A stretch of 64,000 nucleotides of DNA, taken from assembly GCA_964565345.1 (NCBI GenBank), contig CAZMEQ010000001.1, positions 9,838-73,837 on the forward strand. The letters run 5' to 3'. This document shows positions 21,193-31,502 of this stretch, in pieces. This DNA comes from an uncultured Gammaproteobacteria bacterium. Lineage in GTDB: Bacteria; Patescibacteriota; Patescibacteriia; UBA11705; JABHMO01. The position numbers and the translations under genes are program-made. A model generated the notes under the pieces. The model saw only the letters and a program-made list of their open reading frames with translations, was not told where the DNA came from and ran no database searches. Positions within the stretch are counted from its first letter, which is position 1; every line of letters starts with the position of its first letter.

Positions 21193-21966
21193 ATGACCTT
21201 GGATAAAGAGTTACAAAAAATCGGACTATCGGATAAAGAAGCGAAAGTTTACTTGGCAGCATTGGAATTAGGACAAGCTTCGGTTCAAAATATTGCCCGC
21301 AAAGCTGAAGTTAATCGCGCCACAACTTATTCTATTTTAGAGTCATTGATTAAAAAGGGCTTGTGCAGTATCAGCGAAAAAGATAAAAAAGTTTTTTATT
21401 TTGCTAGCGCGCCCGAGTCGTTACTTTCAATTTTTGATATTAAAAGGAAACATCTTGAAACAGAGGAAGAGGTTTTTAAAAGACTATTGCCAGAATTAAA
21501 TTCTGTTTTTAATAAACAAGCCGACAAGCCAACCGTACGTTTTTTTGATGGCAGACAAGGGTTGATTAATAGTTTGGGCGAATTTTATCGTGAAAAAACT
21601 GATGGCAATGAGCCAGTGCGCATGGTCTATAATAAAGATTTAATTGAAAAAACAATTGATGAAAGAGAACGACAAAAATTGAGAAAGATACGATTAACTA
21701 GAGAAATAAAATCCAAAGTTATATATAGCTACGAGGGCGGAGTTTTAAAAACAAACGTTGATGGCCAAAGAAGAAAAATTAATGGTGACGAATATCCTAT
21801 TTCATGTGATATAGAAATTTTGGGTGATGCAGTTATGTTTGTGCCTTTAACTGAAAAACTTCACGCTGTTTTAATTAAAGATAGACAAATAGCCGAAACA
21901 TTAAAGAGTTTTTTTGATCTGGCTTGGATTGGGGCCGAAATAAAAGAAGTTAAAGAGGAAAAATAA
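21193..21966 (+). CDS. TrmB-family HTH transcriptional regulator
   Basis: LQKIGLSDKEAKVYLAALELG, IARKAEVNRATTY, PTVRFFDG, FFDLAW. Confidence 0.9.
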   Translation: MTLDKELQKIGLSDKEAKVYLAALELGQASVQNIARKAEVNRATTYSILESLIKKGLCSISEKDKKVFYFASAPESLLSIFDIKRKHLETEEEVFKRLLPELNSVFNKQADKPTVRFFDGRQGLINSLGEFYREKTDGNEPVRMVYNKDLIEKTIDERERQKLRKIRLTREIKSKVIYSYEGGVLKTNVDGQRRKINGDEYPISCDIEILGDAVMFVPLTEKLHAVLIKDRQIAETLKSFFDLAWIGAEIKEVKEEK

Positions 21967-21968
21967 AT

Positions 21969-22487
21969 ATGTTGGCAAAAAAAGATTTAGCAATTTATAT
22001 TTTAACTTTCTTGGTTTTAATTTTAGTCGTTTTTGTTTTATTCCAGTACTATTCGAATAATGATTCATCTCAGCCATTTGAACAAAACGAACCGGAATTA
22101 ATTTCTGTTCAGGTTTTTTATGCCAATAGTATCAAAAACCCCGAAATGCTTGATTGTTCATTAGTTTTTCCTGTTAGTCGGGTGGTAACTAGTCGCGAAA
22201 AAATATATGAGGAAACAATAAAACTATTATTGCAAGGTCCAAGTTTAGATGAAAAAACTGTTGGATACAAAAATATGATTTCGGAAAATGCGGGGCTTAA
22301 TTTTGCTAAGTTTAATAACGGGATTTTGGTAGCGGATTTTAATAGTCAGCTTGATTATGCAGTGGGAGGGTCATGTTGGACTGCGGCTATAAGATCGCAA
22401 ATTGAAAATACTATGAAACAGTGGCCGGAAGTAAAAGAAACCGTTATATCAATCAATGGCAAGAGCGAATATATATTACAGCCCTAA
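21969..22487 (+). CDS. GerMN-domain protein
   Basis: TM anchor; VFPVSR, LLQGP, GGSC...IRSQIENTMKQW. Confidence 0.85.
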   Translation: MLAKKDLAIYILTFLVLILVVFVLFQYYSNNDSSQPFEQNEPELISVQVFYANSIKNPEMLDCSLVFPVSRVVTSREKIYEETIKLLLQGPSLDEKTVGYKNMISENAGLNFAKFNNGILVADFNSQLDYAVGGSCWTAAIRSQIENTMKQWPEVKETVISINGKSEYILQP

Positions 22488-22488
22488 T

Positions 22489-23484
22489 ATGGATTTAAAT
22501 TCGTTGAATAATATTTTGAGTGATTATCCGTCTTTTCGTAAAAAACAGGTTTATCGTTTTATATTTAAAAATTTGATTGATAATTGGGACGAGGCTACCT
22601 CTTTGCCTGCAGATTTACGAATGGAGCTTAAAAAAAATTTCAGTTTAGATATAGAACACAAGGCTTATTTTAGTAAACACGATGATGCGGTTAAGGCGTT
22701 GGTGACTTTTGCTGATGGTGCTCAAGTAGAGACTGTTTTAATGAAGCACTCGGATGGCCGTAACACGGTGTGTGTGTCATCTCAAGTTGGTTGTGCTTTG
22801 GGTTGTGATTTTTGTGCGACGGGCAAGCTTGGGTTTAAACGTAATCTGACAAGTTCAGAAATAATTGCGCAGGTTTTGCTTTTTAATATAATTTTAAAAA
22901 AGAGTCAGGCTAAGGTAACTAACATTGTTTTTATGGGAATGGGTGAGCCAATGCGGAACTATCAAGCAGTCATGGAAAGCATAAAATTTATGAATGATAA
23001 GGATATTTTTAATCTTGGAGCGAGAAGGTTTTCTGTCTCCACTGTTGGCGTCGTTGATGGTATAAAAAAATTAGCTCAAGAACCACTAGAAATAAATTTG
23101 GCTGTTTCCATCCATGCTCCCAACGATATTTTGCGTTCTAAGTTAATGCCTATTAATAATAAATGGAATTTAAAGCAACTATTTTTAGCCATTGATAATT
23201 ACATTCATATAACAAATCGTCGTGTTATGCTGGAATATACTTTAATGGGCGGAGTTAATGATTCGTTGGATCAGGCGGCGCAGCTTTGTCAGTTGGTGAC
23301 GAATAAACTGTGTTTTGTGAATCTTATTACTTATAATAAAACTAAATTTTATACACCGCCTAAGCCCGAGGTTATTAAAAAATTTGAAAATTTTTTAATA
23401 AAAAATCATGTCGCCTGTACGACACGACAAAGGTTCGGTCATGATATTGCTGCTGCTTGTGGCCAACTTGCTGCGCGAAGTTAA
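22489..23484 (+). CDS. rlmN: Dual-specificity RNA methyltransferase RlmN (radical SAM)
   Basis: CVSSQVGCALGCDFCATG, FMGMGEP, DIAAACGQL. Confidence 0.96.
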   Translation: MDLNSLNNILSDYPSFRKKQVYRFIFKNLIDNWDEATSLPADLRMELKKNFSLDIEHKAYFSKHDDAVKALVTFADGAQVETVLMKHSDGRNTVCVSSQVGCALGCDFCATGKLGFKRNLTSSEIIAQVLLFNIILKKSQAKVTNIVFMGMGEPMRNYQAVMESIKFMNDKDIFNLGARRFSVSTVGVVDGIKKLAQEPLEINLAVSIHAPNDILRSKLMPINNKWNLKQLFLAIDNYIHITNRRVMLEYTLMGGVNDSLDQAAQLCQLVTNKLCFVNLITYNKTKFYTPPKPEVIKKFENFLIKNHVACTTRQRFGHDIAAACGQLAARS

Positions 23485-24314
23485 TTACTCCAAACAATTA
23501 GACGGTCTAATCCCGCTAGATCCTTATATAAGTCTACCGTTGCTTCTGGGTAGATTTTTTTTATGTAATTATTTAAGACAGAATATTGGTTTAAGCCGAT
23601 TTCGAGAATTATAAAAGAGGGAAGTGTTTTTTCTTTAGACAAGGATTTAATGAGTCGACGATACGCCTGTAGGCCATCTGGTCCTGAATAAAGAGCTGTT
23701 TTAGGTTCGTGCTTAATTGTTGGGTGTGTATAACTGGTGGGGAGATAGGGTAGGTTCGCAACAAGGATATCAATTTTTTTATTTTGGAGAGGTGAGATTA
23801 AATCTCCGTGGTGAAATTTAATTCTAACTATATTTTTTTTAGCGTTGTATTTTGCGATCAGCAAGGCTTTGCGTGATTTGTCCGTGGCATAGACAAGTGT
23901 CTTGGGATTTTTTTTCGCTAACGTTATGGCTATGGCGCCAGATCCGGTCCCTATGTCCGCAACGGTAAAGTTGTTGGAAAAATTTTTCTGAATAATCTCT
24001 TGCGTTTTATCAATTATAAGTTCTGTTTCTGGTCGCGGTATTAGTACGTCTTTGGTAACTTTAAAATCAAGTCCGTAGAATTCTTGTGATCCGATCAAAT
24101 AAGCCAAAGGCCACCCTTTAATTCTTTGTTTAACCATTTTTAGAAACTTGGCGCTTTGTAGCTTGTCCAACTTTGATTCCGGATGAGTAAAAAGATATTC
24201 ACGCGTCTTTTTGGCAACATAACTAAGAATTAACTCTATATCAAAATTAGAAAGAGTCCGATTACTTTTTTCTACAAATTTTAAGGCTAAGTGTAGAGCT
24301 TCTTTGATGGTCAT
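23481..24314 (-). CDS. prmC: Release factor glutamine methyltransferase
   Basis: VLIPRPETE, DIGTGSGAI, ANLPY. Confidence 0.95.
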   Translation of the reverse strand: MTIKEALHLALKFVEKSNRTLSNFDIELILSYVAKKTREYLFTHPESKLDKLQSAKFLKMVKQRIKGWPLAYLIGSQEFYGLDFKVTKDVLIPRPETELIIDKTQEIIQKNFSNNFTVADIGTGSGAIAITLAKKNPKTLVYATDKSRKALLIAKYNAKKNIVRIKFHHGDLISPLQNKKIDILVANLPYLPTSYTHPTIKHEPKTALYSGPDGLQAYRRLIKSLSKEKTLPSFIILEIGLNQYSVLNNYIKKIYPEATVDLYKDLAGLDRLIVWSN

Positions 24315-24380
24315 GTTTTTTTATTGTTAATTAGAAGAATCAGAACATTGCAATACGAAAAGAGCCCGGAGGCTCTTTTT

Positions 24381-25439
24381 TTATTTGGTTTGAAGCTTAA
24401 AGTCAGCTTCTTTAAGGGCATCTATGATAGGGGAAAGATCACCCGCAAGAATGGTAGTGATGTTGTTCCAGCTTTCTTTGATTCGATGATCGGTAATTCG
24501 ATCTTGAGGATAATTGTAAGTTCTAATTTTTTCACTTCGATCGCCGGTGCCAATTTGTGCGCGTCGTTGGCTGCCTAAGGCAGCTTCGCGTTTAGCCGTT
24601 TCTAATTCATAAAGACGTGATCGTAGCACGCGCATCGCTTTTTCTTTGTTTTGCGCTTGTGATCGTTCATCTTGGCAAGACACAACAGTATTAGTGGGTA
24701 GGTGGGTGAGCCGAACAGCTGATTTGGTGGTATTAACGCTTTGTCCACCAGCGCCACCAGAACAGAAGGTGTCAATTTTAACATCAGCTGGGTCAATTTT
24801 TAAATCAACCTCTTCCACTTCTGGCAATACAGCCACCGTAATCGCGGATGTGTGTATGCGGCCTTGTTTTTCAGTCTCTGGAACACGTTGAACACGGTGT
24901 GTTCCACTTTCATATTTTAAAGTTCCATAAACATTTGGTCCGTTGACTTCAAAAACAACTTCCTTAAAACCGCCCAGCTCGCTCACACTGCTAGAAACTA
25001 TATGTGTTTTCCATCCAACTCGTTCTGCAAACTTGCCATACATTCGAAATAATTCAGCAGCAAATAATGCTGATTCATCACCACCTGTGCCAGCTCTGAT
25101 TTCCACAATGACGTTTTTTTTGTCATTAGGGTCTTTGGGGGTAAGAGCATATTTTACCTGTTGTTCTAGTTCAGAAACTTCGGGTTCCAAAGTATCTATT
25201 TCTTGTTGTGCTAACTCATGCATTTCTGCTTCGTTGGGATTAGCTAAAGTTTCTTGAGCTTCTTTGAGGTGAGCTAGCTTTTTTTCATAATCATTAAAAA
25301 GATCAACCAAGGGCGCAACTTCTGCATGTTCACTGGAAACTTGTTTAAGTCTTTCTGGATTATTAATAACTGAAGAGTTCTGGAGTTGTTGTTCCAGTTC
25401 TTTAAAGCGATTTTTAATTTTTTCTATTTGATCATGCAT
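24381..25439 (-). CDS. prfA: Peptide chain release factor 1
   Basis: PET anticodon motif, [11 protein letters not shown]; adjacent to prmC. Confidence 0.97.
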   Translation of the reverse strand: MHDQIEKIKNRFKELEQQLQNSSVINNPERLKQVSSEHAEVAPLVDLFNDYEKKLAHLKEAQETLANPNEAEMHELAQQEIDTLEPEVSELEQQVKYALTPKDPNDKKNVIVEIRAGTGGDESALFAAELFRMYGKFAERVGWKTHIVSSSVSELGGFKEVVFEVNGPNVYGTLKYESGTHRVQRVPETEKQGRIHTSAITVAVLPEVEEVDLKIDPADVKIDTFCSGGAGGQSVNTTKSAVRLTHLPTNTVVSCQDERSQAQNKEKAMRVLRSRLYELETAKREAALGSQRRAQIGTGDRSEKIRTYNYPQDRITDHRIKESWNNITTILAGDLSPIIDALKEADFKLQTK

Positions 25440-25507
25440 AATGCTTATCTTATTATATCAAAAAACCGTCCAGAAAAACATAAATCATTGGGACGGTTTT
25501 GCGTATG

Positions 25508-25792
25508 TTATTTATTGACCTTGGCAGCCTTCTTTTCGTTTTTTGCGGTACGTTTAGCTTTTTTACCCTTGCTAGCTGTGGCTGAAGTGTCTTTCTTAGA
25601 TAGACGTTCTTGGAATTTCTCTACACGGCGAGCAGTGTCGACCAACTTTTGTTTGCCAGTATAAAAAGGATGGCAAAGATGGCAGATTTCAACTTTGATC
25701 TCTTTTTGAGTTGAGCCGGTAGTAAATTCATTACCACAAACACAAATGACCTTAGCGTCTTTGTAATACTTTGGATGTATATCTTTCTTCAT
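25508..25792 (-). CDS. rpmE: 50S ribosomal protein L31 (Zn-binding)
   Basis: [23 protein letters not shown]. Confidence 0.97.
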   Translation of the reverse strand: MKKDIHPKYYKDAKVICVCGNEFTTGSTQKEIKVEICHLCHPFYTGKQKLVDTARRVEKFQERLSKKDTSATASKGKKAKRTAKNEKKAAKVNK

Positions 25793-25805
25793 AAAGTTTT
25801 TTCCT

Positions 25806-25873
25806 TGTCATGCTGAACTTGTTTCAGCATCTGGAATGTAATTAGCAGATCCTGAAATAAATTCAGGATGACA
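25806..25873. repeat. REP-like double-hairpin palindromic element
   Basis: TGTCATGCTGAACTTGTTTCAGCATCT...AGATCCTGAAATAAATTCAGGATGACA; two related hairpin arms in inverted orientation. Confidence 0.75.
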
Positions 25874-26023
25874 CCTGGATTAATTTCGTAATCAGAGGAT
25901 ATCATATTACTATAAATTTGGCAAGAATAGTGGTCTTTTGAGGGTGGAAACGTCTTTTGTGGATAAAGGGGGCAAGACTTTAAAAAACATGTGCTATAAT
26001 ATCACTAGAATAACTTGAAATTT

Positions 26024-26356
26024 ATGAAAACCAAGAAGTTTTTAGGTGGTTTAGCGTTAGGCGCTCTTATTGGTGGGGCTTTGGGATTATTTTTGAGCCC
26101 AGGTAAGGGTAAGGAAAACCGCGCTAAGTTTCAAAAGGTTAGCAAGCAGTTAAGCGAAAAACTTGTAGCTGATGTTGCCAAGCTCAAGAAAATTGGCAAA
26201 GAAGAATACGAAGAAATTGTCGAAAATCTGATTAAGAAGTATTCCAAGTCTGATTTGATGAGTGTGGCCGCCTGGGAGGAGATTGGTCAAGAATTGAAAC
26301 TCCGCTGGAAAGATATTCAGAAGGAATTGGGCGCAAAAAAGAGCGCTAAAAAGTAA
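26024..26356 (+). CDS. YtxH-domain protein
   Basis: FLGGLALGALIGGALGLFLSPGKGKENR. Confidence 0.85.
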   Translation: MKTKKFLGGLALGALIGGALGLFLSPGKGKENRAKFQKVSKQLSEKLVADVAKLKKIGKEEYEEIVENLIKKYSKSDLMSVAAWEEIGQELKLRWKDIQKELGAKKSAKK

Positions 26357-26476
26357 GTAATTATCCCTACGGTAATTAGCCAAGGGGTTTAATTATATTG
26401 ATGTTGCGTAAATTGCAACTCTAAAAACCTAGAGAGAGTAAAGCCTCCGTTTTAAACGGGGGTTTTATTTTTTAGC

Positions 26477-26504
26477 TTGACAAAAAGAGGAAAATCATTA
26501 TAAT
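26477..26504 (+). promoter_or_regulatory. sigma70 promoter of GC cassette 3
   Basis: TTGACA-N16-TATAAT. Confidence 0.8.
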
Positions 26505-26560
26505 AAATAACGCTTCCACGTAGAAGCAGGGTGTTTCAACTGTCCACTGAGGAGGAGCTA

Positions 26561-27052
26561 ATGACCGAGAAGAAGACGTGTCTGCAGGTGGAGAAGGAGA
26601 TCCGAGCGGGTCTGCCCGTCGGTTTCGCTGAGGCGGTGCGCTTCGACGTGCGCCAGTCCAAGAAGGGCTTGCGTGTCGTCGTGCCGAACCACCGGCTCGG
26701 CAAGATCGCGATCACCGCGACGTGCTTCAATGGCAACAGCGACCTCGTCGGTCGCACGATCTCCCACTTCACCCAGATCGTCCCCGAAGGAACCGTGGTC
26801 GAGGCCCCGCGCAACGTGGTGTGTGACCGGGTTCGCCGGGCGATTCGTGCCACGCTGCCGAAGGATTACGCGACCGCGGTGCGCTTCGATGTTCGTAGCG
26901 CTCGTGATGGCCTGGCCGTCATGATCCCGGCTCACCGCGCCAACGGCATCTACATCGATCGGCAGCGCTTCGAGCTGCCCGACCCCGATCGCCTCGTGAC
27001 CATGGCCGTCCGGCACATCTGCCAGTTCGTGCCCACGAACGCCACCGTCTAG
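26561..27052 (+). CDS. High-GC cassette 3: unknown protein built from two tandem ~80-aa repeats (163 aa)
   Basis: SD GAGGAGGAG at 26549-26557; IRAxLP...AVRFDVR...GLxVxxPxHR occurs twice. Confidence 0.8.
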   Translation: MTEKKTCLQVEKEIRAGLPVGFAEAVRFDVRQSKKGLRVVVPNHRLGKIAITATCFNGNSDLVGRTISHFTQIVPEGTVVEAPRNVVCDRVRRAIRATLPKDYATAVRFDVRSARDGLAVMIPAHRANGIYIDRQRFELPDPDRLVTMAVRHICQFVPTNATV

Positions 27053-27094
27053 ACACGGTGAGCTGATCTTTCTCTGACCAGACGCTGATTCACG

Positions 27095-27132
27095 GCGCTC
27101 GTCCAATCACTTGGGCGAGCGCTAATTTTTTT
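27095..27132 (+). terminator. Intrinsic terminator of cassette 3
   Basis: GCGCTCGTCCAA-tcac-TTGGGCGAGCGC then TAATTTTTTT. Confidence 0.75.
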
Positions 27133-27206
27133 AAAAACAATAGTTGTTCACGGGAAAAGGAGAAGTTTTGTTTAATAGAAAGCCGGTTATTTGCTATAAT
27201 CAAGCT

Positions 27207-28037
27207 ATGATAAATTTTTTGCATACATTTCATCCCACACCAATTATTTTTCAAATCGGTCCATTGGCTGTTCATTGGTATGGGTTCCTCATGGTTATTG
27301 GAGGTCTATTAGGCTTTTATTTAATTTTGAAATTAGCTGAAAGATATAAATTAGATAAAAAGTTTTTTGAAGATCTTTTATTTTGGTTTGTTATTGGGGC
27401 TATTATTGGCGCCAGAATCTATTACGTCATTTATGCTTGGCCAATGTATAAAGAGAATCTATTAGACATCCTAAAAATTTGGGAGGGTGGGTTAGCGATA
27501 CACGGAATTATGCTCGGTGGGTTTATTGCAACTTTTATTTATTGTCGAATAAAGAAAAGAGATTTTTTGCTTACAGCTGATTTAGCGGTAACAGGGTTAG
27601 TTGCCGCGCAGATAATTGGCCGAGTTGGAAATTATTTCAATCAAGAAATTTTTGGGTTACCAACAAATTTACCGTGGGGCATACCAATTGATCCCATTTT
27701 TCGTCCGGAGCAATATGCGCAGTTCCAATATTTTCATCCCACGTTTATCTATGAGTCATTGGGGAATGTTGTGATATTGGCGATATTACTGTTTGTCCAT
27801 TACTACCGATTTAAAAGAAAGGAATTTAATCCTGGACAAATATTCTTGTTTTACCTCGTATTGTATTCTTGTTTGCGCTTTAGCCTAGAGTTTTTGAGAA
27901 TTGATTATAGTCCGATCTTTTTTGGGATCCGGTGGGCAATGTTTTTTAGTCAGGCTATTTTCATGATGAGTATTTTAATTATCATGTGGAGAGATTTATT
28001 TATAAGGTTAGAGCTTGTCAAAAAACAAAAATCGTGA
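27207..28037 (+). CDS. lgt: Prolipoprotein diacylglyceryl transferase
   Basis: HWYG, GARIYYV, IWEGGLAIHG, GRVGNYFNQE, HPTFIYES. Confidence 0.96.
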   Translation: MINFLHTFHPTPIIFQIGPLAVHWYGFLMVIGGLLGFYLILKLAERYKLDKKFFEDLLFWFVIGAIIGARIYYVIYAWPMYKENLLDILKIWEGGLAIHGIMLGGFIATFIYCRIKKRDFLLTADLAVTGLVAAQIIGRVGNYFNQEIFGLPTNLPWGIPIDPIFRPEQYAQFQYFHPTFIYESLGNVVILAILLFVHYYRFKRKEFNPGQIFLFYLVLYSCLRFSLEFLRIDYSPIFFGIRWAMFFSQAIFMMSILIIMWRDLFIRLELVKKQKS

Positions 28038-28068
28038 TAATATAGCCCTTGTAACATTTATTTAATAA

Positions 28069-28152
28069 AACACATACTTTTCTTGGCTTATTTTAGCCAA
28101 AGTCATTGGACCTGCTGGTAAACTCAGCCCTGATGATTAGAAGAGTAGAGGC
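28069..28152 (+). promoter_or_regulatory. Putative rpsB (S2) leader RNA
   Basis: ACACA-TACTTTTCT...AGAAGAGTA-GAGGC long stem with internal hairpins upstream of rpsB. Confidence 0.55.
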
Positions 28153-28186
28153 TCTCGCTTCGGCGGGGAAGAAAGGACAATTTAGT

Positions 28187-28876
28187 ATGGTAAAAGTTCC
28201 AAGTTTACAAGACTTGATGAAAGCGGGCGCTCATTTTGGTCATCAAAAATCAAAATGGCATCCTAAAATGAAACCTTATATCTTTATCGAAAAGAATGGG
28301 GTTCATATAATTAACTTAGAAGAAACTCAAAAGGCTTTAGAAGTTGCTTTGAATTTCATTACAGAAACTGTTGCTGCTGGCGGAACAGTTCTTTTTTTAG
28401 GCACAAAAAAGCAAGCACGTGACATTGTTAAAGATGCGGCACTTTCTTGCAACATGCCTTATGTAACCAATCGTTGGTTAGGTGGTACGTTAACTAATGC
28501 CCCAACTGTCTTGGGCTTAGTTAAAAAGTTTAGAAAGTTAAAAGAAGAAAAAGCTTCTGGTAAGTTATTAAAGTATACCAAGAAAGAACAATTAGAAATG
28601 GCTCGAGAAATTGAACGTTTAGAAACAATTGTCGGCGGTATCGAAAAGTTGGATCGAATTCCAGACGCTATGTTCTTGGTGGACATTAAAACAGATAGAA
28701 CGGCTATTAAGGAAGCTGCTCGCAAAAAAGTTCCAGTAGTCGCTCTCTGCGATTCAAATACTAATCCTGAATTAGTTAATTATCCTATTCCATCAAATGA
28801 TGATGCCGTTAAAACATTGCAATTAATGGCTAACTTAGTCGCTGAAACCATTAAAGAGGCAAAGTCAAAAGAATAG
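28187..28876 (+). CDS. rpsB: 30S ribosomal protein S2
   Basis: AGAHFGHQ, RWLGGTLTN, PSNDDA. Confidence 0.98.
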   Translation: MVKVPSLQDLMKAGAHFGHQKSKWHPKMKPYIFIEKNGVHIINLEETQKALEVALNFITETVAAGGTVLFLGTKKQARDIVKDAALSCNMPYVTNRWLGGTLTNAPTVLGLVKKFRKLKEEKASGKLLKYTKKEQLEMAREIERLETIVGGIEKLDRIPDAMFLVDIKTDRTAIKEAARKKVPVVALCDSNTNPELVNYPIPSNDDAVKTLQLMANLVAETIKEAKSKE

Positions 28877-28940
28877 AGCTCTTTGATTCTAATCAAATAA
28901 AATAAAATAATTACGTAGCCAATAATCGTTTTCGTAACTT

Positions 28941-28970
28941 CTGGTTACTGGTCACTGATTACTGGTTACT
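28941..28970 (+). repeat. Heptamer tandem repeat (CTGGTTA) x4
   Basis: CTGGTTA CTGGTCA CTGATTA CTGGTTA CT directly upstream of tsf. Confidence 0.7.
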
Positions 28971-28977
28971 TAGTAAT

Positions 28978-29565
28978 ATGGCAGACACACAAACAGTTGT
29001 TAAATTACGCAATCAAACTGGAGCTGGTATGATGGATTGCAAAAAAGCCTTAGATGAGGCAAATGGCGATTATGATAAAGCGGTTGATATATTGAGACAA
29101 AAGGGTGAGCTTAAAGCTGCCAAAAAGATTGAAGAGCGTACTGCTACTGAAGGTATTGTTTATTCTTACATCCACTCTAATAATAAGGCTGGAGCCATGA
29201 TTGCGCTTGCTTGCGAAACTGATTTTGTTGCTCGTACTGAGGATTTCAAAAACTTAGCGCATGAAATAGCTATGCAAGTGGTAGCCATGATGCCGGATTA
29301 TTTAAATCCCGAAGAGGTTCCAGTCGATGTTTTGGAACATGAAAAAAGTATTTATGCCGAGCAACTAAAAAATGAAGGTAAGCCAGAAAATATTATTGAG
29401 AAAATTATGTCTGGTAAGCTGGAAAAGTTTTATGCTGAAACCTGTTTGGTTAAACAGCCATATATTAAAGATGATGCTATTACTATTGAAGAGTTGATCA
29501 ATCAATATATTGCTAAAACAGGAGAAAAAATTCAAATCAGTCGTTTTGTTCGCTTTCAAATTTAA
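28978..29565 (+). CDS. tsf: Elongation factor Ts (short form)
   Basis: TGAGMMDCKKAL, CETDFVAR. Confidence 0.97.
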   Translation: MADTQTVVKLRNQTGAGMMDCKKALDEANGDYDKAVDILRQKGELKAAKKIEERTATEGIVYSYIHSNNKAGAMIALACETDFVARTEDFKNLAHEIAMQVVAMMPDYLNPEEVPVDVLEHEKSIYAEQLKNEGKPENIIEKIMSGKLEKFYAETCLVKQPYIKDDAITIEELINQYIAKTGEKIQISRFVRFQI

Positions 29566-29576
29566 TTTTCAACTTC

Positions 29577-30365
29577 ATGAAAATTGTCAAAGTACAATTT
29601 GCGCCCTGGGATAAGGCTTATAGCTTTAGTTTTGATAGTGAAAGCTTGAAAGTGGGAGATTATGTTGTTGTGGAAACAAAACTGGGCATTGAAATGGCCA
29701 AAGTTATTGCTATTGATGAAAAGGGGGACACTGTTACGGCTGAAGCTGATCCAATTAAGCCTATCTCGCGGATTGCAACTAAAGAGGATTTGGATTTAGT
29801 GTTGGAGCAAAATCGTCAAAAAGACAAAGTTTTTCAGAAATGTGTTTCGTTAATCCGCAAGAATCAATTGCCAATTAAATTGGTAGACGTTCATTTTTCG
29901 CTCGATGATACGCGTTTAACTTTTGCCTTTATTGCCGATGGCCGAGTTGACTTTAGAGAATTATTAAAAGATTTAAACAGGGAATTTAAAAAGAATATTC
30001 GTTTGCAACAAATTGGTATCCGTGACGAGATCAAAATCAGTGGCGATATCGGTTGCTGTGGTATGAATCTTTGTTGTCAGGGTTTTTATAAAGAATTGGG
30101 AAATGTTACATCTGAATTAGCGGCTCTGCAACAGGTGGCTCATAGAGGGTCGGAACGACTCTCTGGTGTTTGCGGTCGTTTAAAGTGTTGTTTGACCTTT
30201 GAAGAAAAACTATACAATGAGTTGGCCGAAAAACTTCCTATGATTGGTGAGAAGGTTAAGACTCAGCATGGTAAAGGGGAGGTGATTGGTTGGCACGTCC
30301 TAAAACAAACAGTGGATGTTCTGCTTGAAGATAATACGACAATCGTTGAAATGCCTATAGAATAA
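29577..30365 (+). CDS. PSP1/RicT (YaaT)-family protein
   Basis: ADGRVDFRELLKDL, QIGIRDE, SGVCGRLKCCLTFE. Confidence 0.9.
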   Translation: MKIVKVQFAPWDKAYSFSFDSESLKVGDYVVVETKLGIEMAKVIAIDEKGDTVTAEADPIKPISRIATKEDLDLVLEQNRQKDKVFQKCVSLIRKNQLPIKLVDVHFSLDDTRLTFAFIADGRVDFRELLKDLNREFKKNIRLQQIGIRDEIKISGDIGCCGMNLCCQGFYKELGNVTSELAALQQVAHRGSERLSGVCGRLKCCLTFEEKLYNELAEKLPMIGEKVKTQHGKGEVIGWHVLKQTVDVLLEDNTTIVEMPIE

Positions 30366-30454
30366 TAGGCATTTTATGTTATAATATTATTAATCTTAAA
30401 CAAAGCAGAAAAAATCTGTTTGCTTAGTAATTTGCGCAATAATGAAATAAATTT

Positions 30455-31492
30455 ATGAAAAAACAATTGTTGCAACTGCGTGAAGACGGTCGCTTAGAAA
30501 TTTCTAAATGTGAAAATTTAGAGACATTAGAAAATATCCAGATAAAATATTTTGGTCGCAAAGAGGGTCTGTTAACAGTTTTATTAAAAAGTCTGAAGGA
30601 TCTATCGCCTGAAGATAAAAAGGAAGTTGGTCAGCTAGCAAATCAAATCAAAATTGAATTGGAGGAAGCCATTGCAGCTCAACAAGTGATTTTAAAAAAA
30701 CAGGAAGTGGCCGAGGCCTTAGAAAGTGACTCTATTGACTTAACCTTGCCAGCTATTGCGCCAAAGAATGGGAGTCTCAACCCCACTTCAATCGTTCAGT
30801 ATGAACTAGAAGACATTTTTAAGTCACTTGGTTTTATGGTTTTGGATGGCCCGGAACTTGAATCAGATTATTATAATTTCGAAGCCTTAAATATTCCTGA
30901 ACACCATCCAGCACGTGACATGCAAGACACTTTTTATATTAAAGGTTGGGCTAAGAACGAAAAAAGAGTTTTGAGAACCCACACTTCACCAGTTCAGGTA
31001 CGGGCTATGCAAAAATATGGAGCACCGCTTCGCGCCATAGCGCCCGGACGTGTTTTTCGTTATGAAAACATAGATGCTTCGCATGAAAACACTTTTTATC
31101 AACTTGAAGGCATAATGATAGATGAAAACATTTCTATCACTAATTTGATTGCTGTCATGAAGACTTTGTTGCGAGGAATATTTAAACGTGAGGTTAAAGT
31201 TCGTTTACGCCCTGGTTTTTTTCCGTTTGTTGAACCTGGCTTCGAACTCGATATTAACTGTTTAATTTGCGGTGGGACTGGTTGTTCTGTGTGCAAGCAG
31301 TCTGGTTGGGTAGAGCTTTTGCCCTGTGGTATGATTCATCCTAATGTTTTACGAGCAGGCAACATTGACCCCGAAAAATATTCTGGATTTGCCTTTGGCC
31401 TAGGTCTGACTCGTTTAGTTATGATGAAATATGGGATTGACGATATCCGCCTTCTGCTTTCGGGCGATCTTCGATTCTTAAAGCAATTTTAA
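30455..31492 (+). CDS. pheS: Phenylalanine-tRNA ligase alpha subunit
   Basis: HPARDMQDTFY, LRTHTSPVQ, FPFVEP, GFAFGLG. Confidence 0.98.
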   Translation: MKKQLLQLREDGRLEISKCENLETLENIQIKYFGRKEGLLTVLLKSLKDLSPEDKKEVGQLANQIKIELEEAIAAQQVILKKQEVAEALESDSIDLTLPAIAPKNGSLNPTSIVQYELEDIFKSLGFMVLDGPELESDYYNFEALNIPEHHPARDMQDTFYIKGWAKNEKRVLRTHTSPVQVRAMQKYGAPLRAIAPGRVFRYENIDASHENTFYQLEGIMIDENISITNLIAVMKTLLRGIFKREVKVRLRPGFFPFVEPGFELDINCLICGGTGCSVCKQSGWVELLPCGMIHPNVLRAGNIDPEKYSGFAFGLGLTRLVMMKYGIDDIRLLLSGDLRFLKQF

Positions 31493-31502
31493 ACTCAAAT
31501 AT

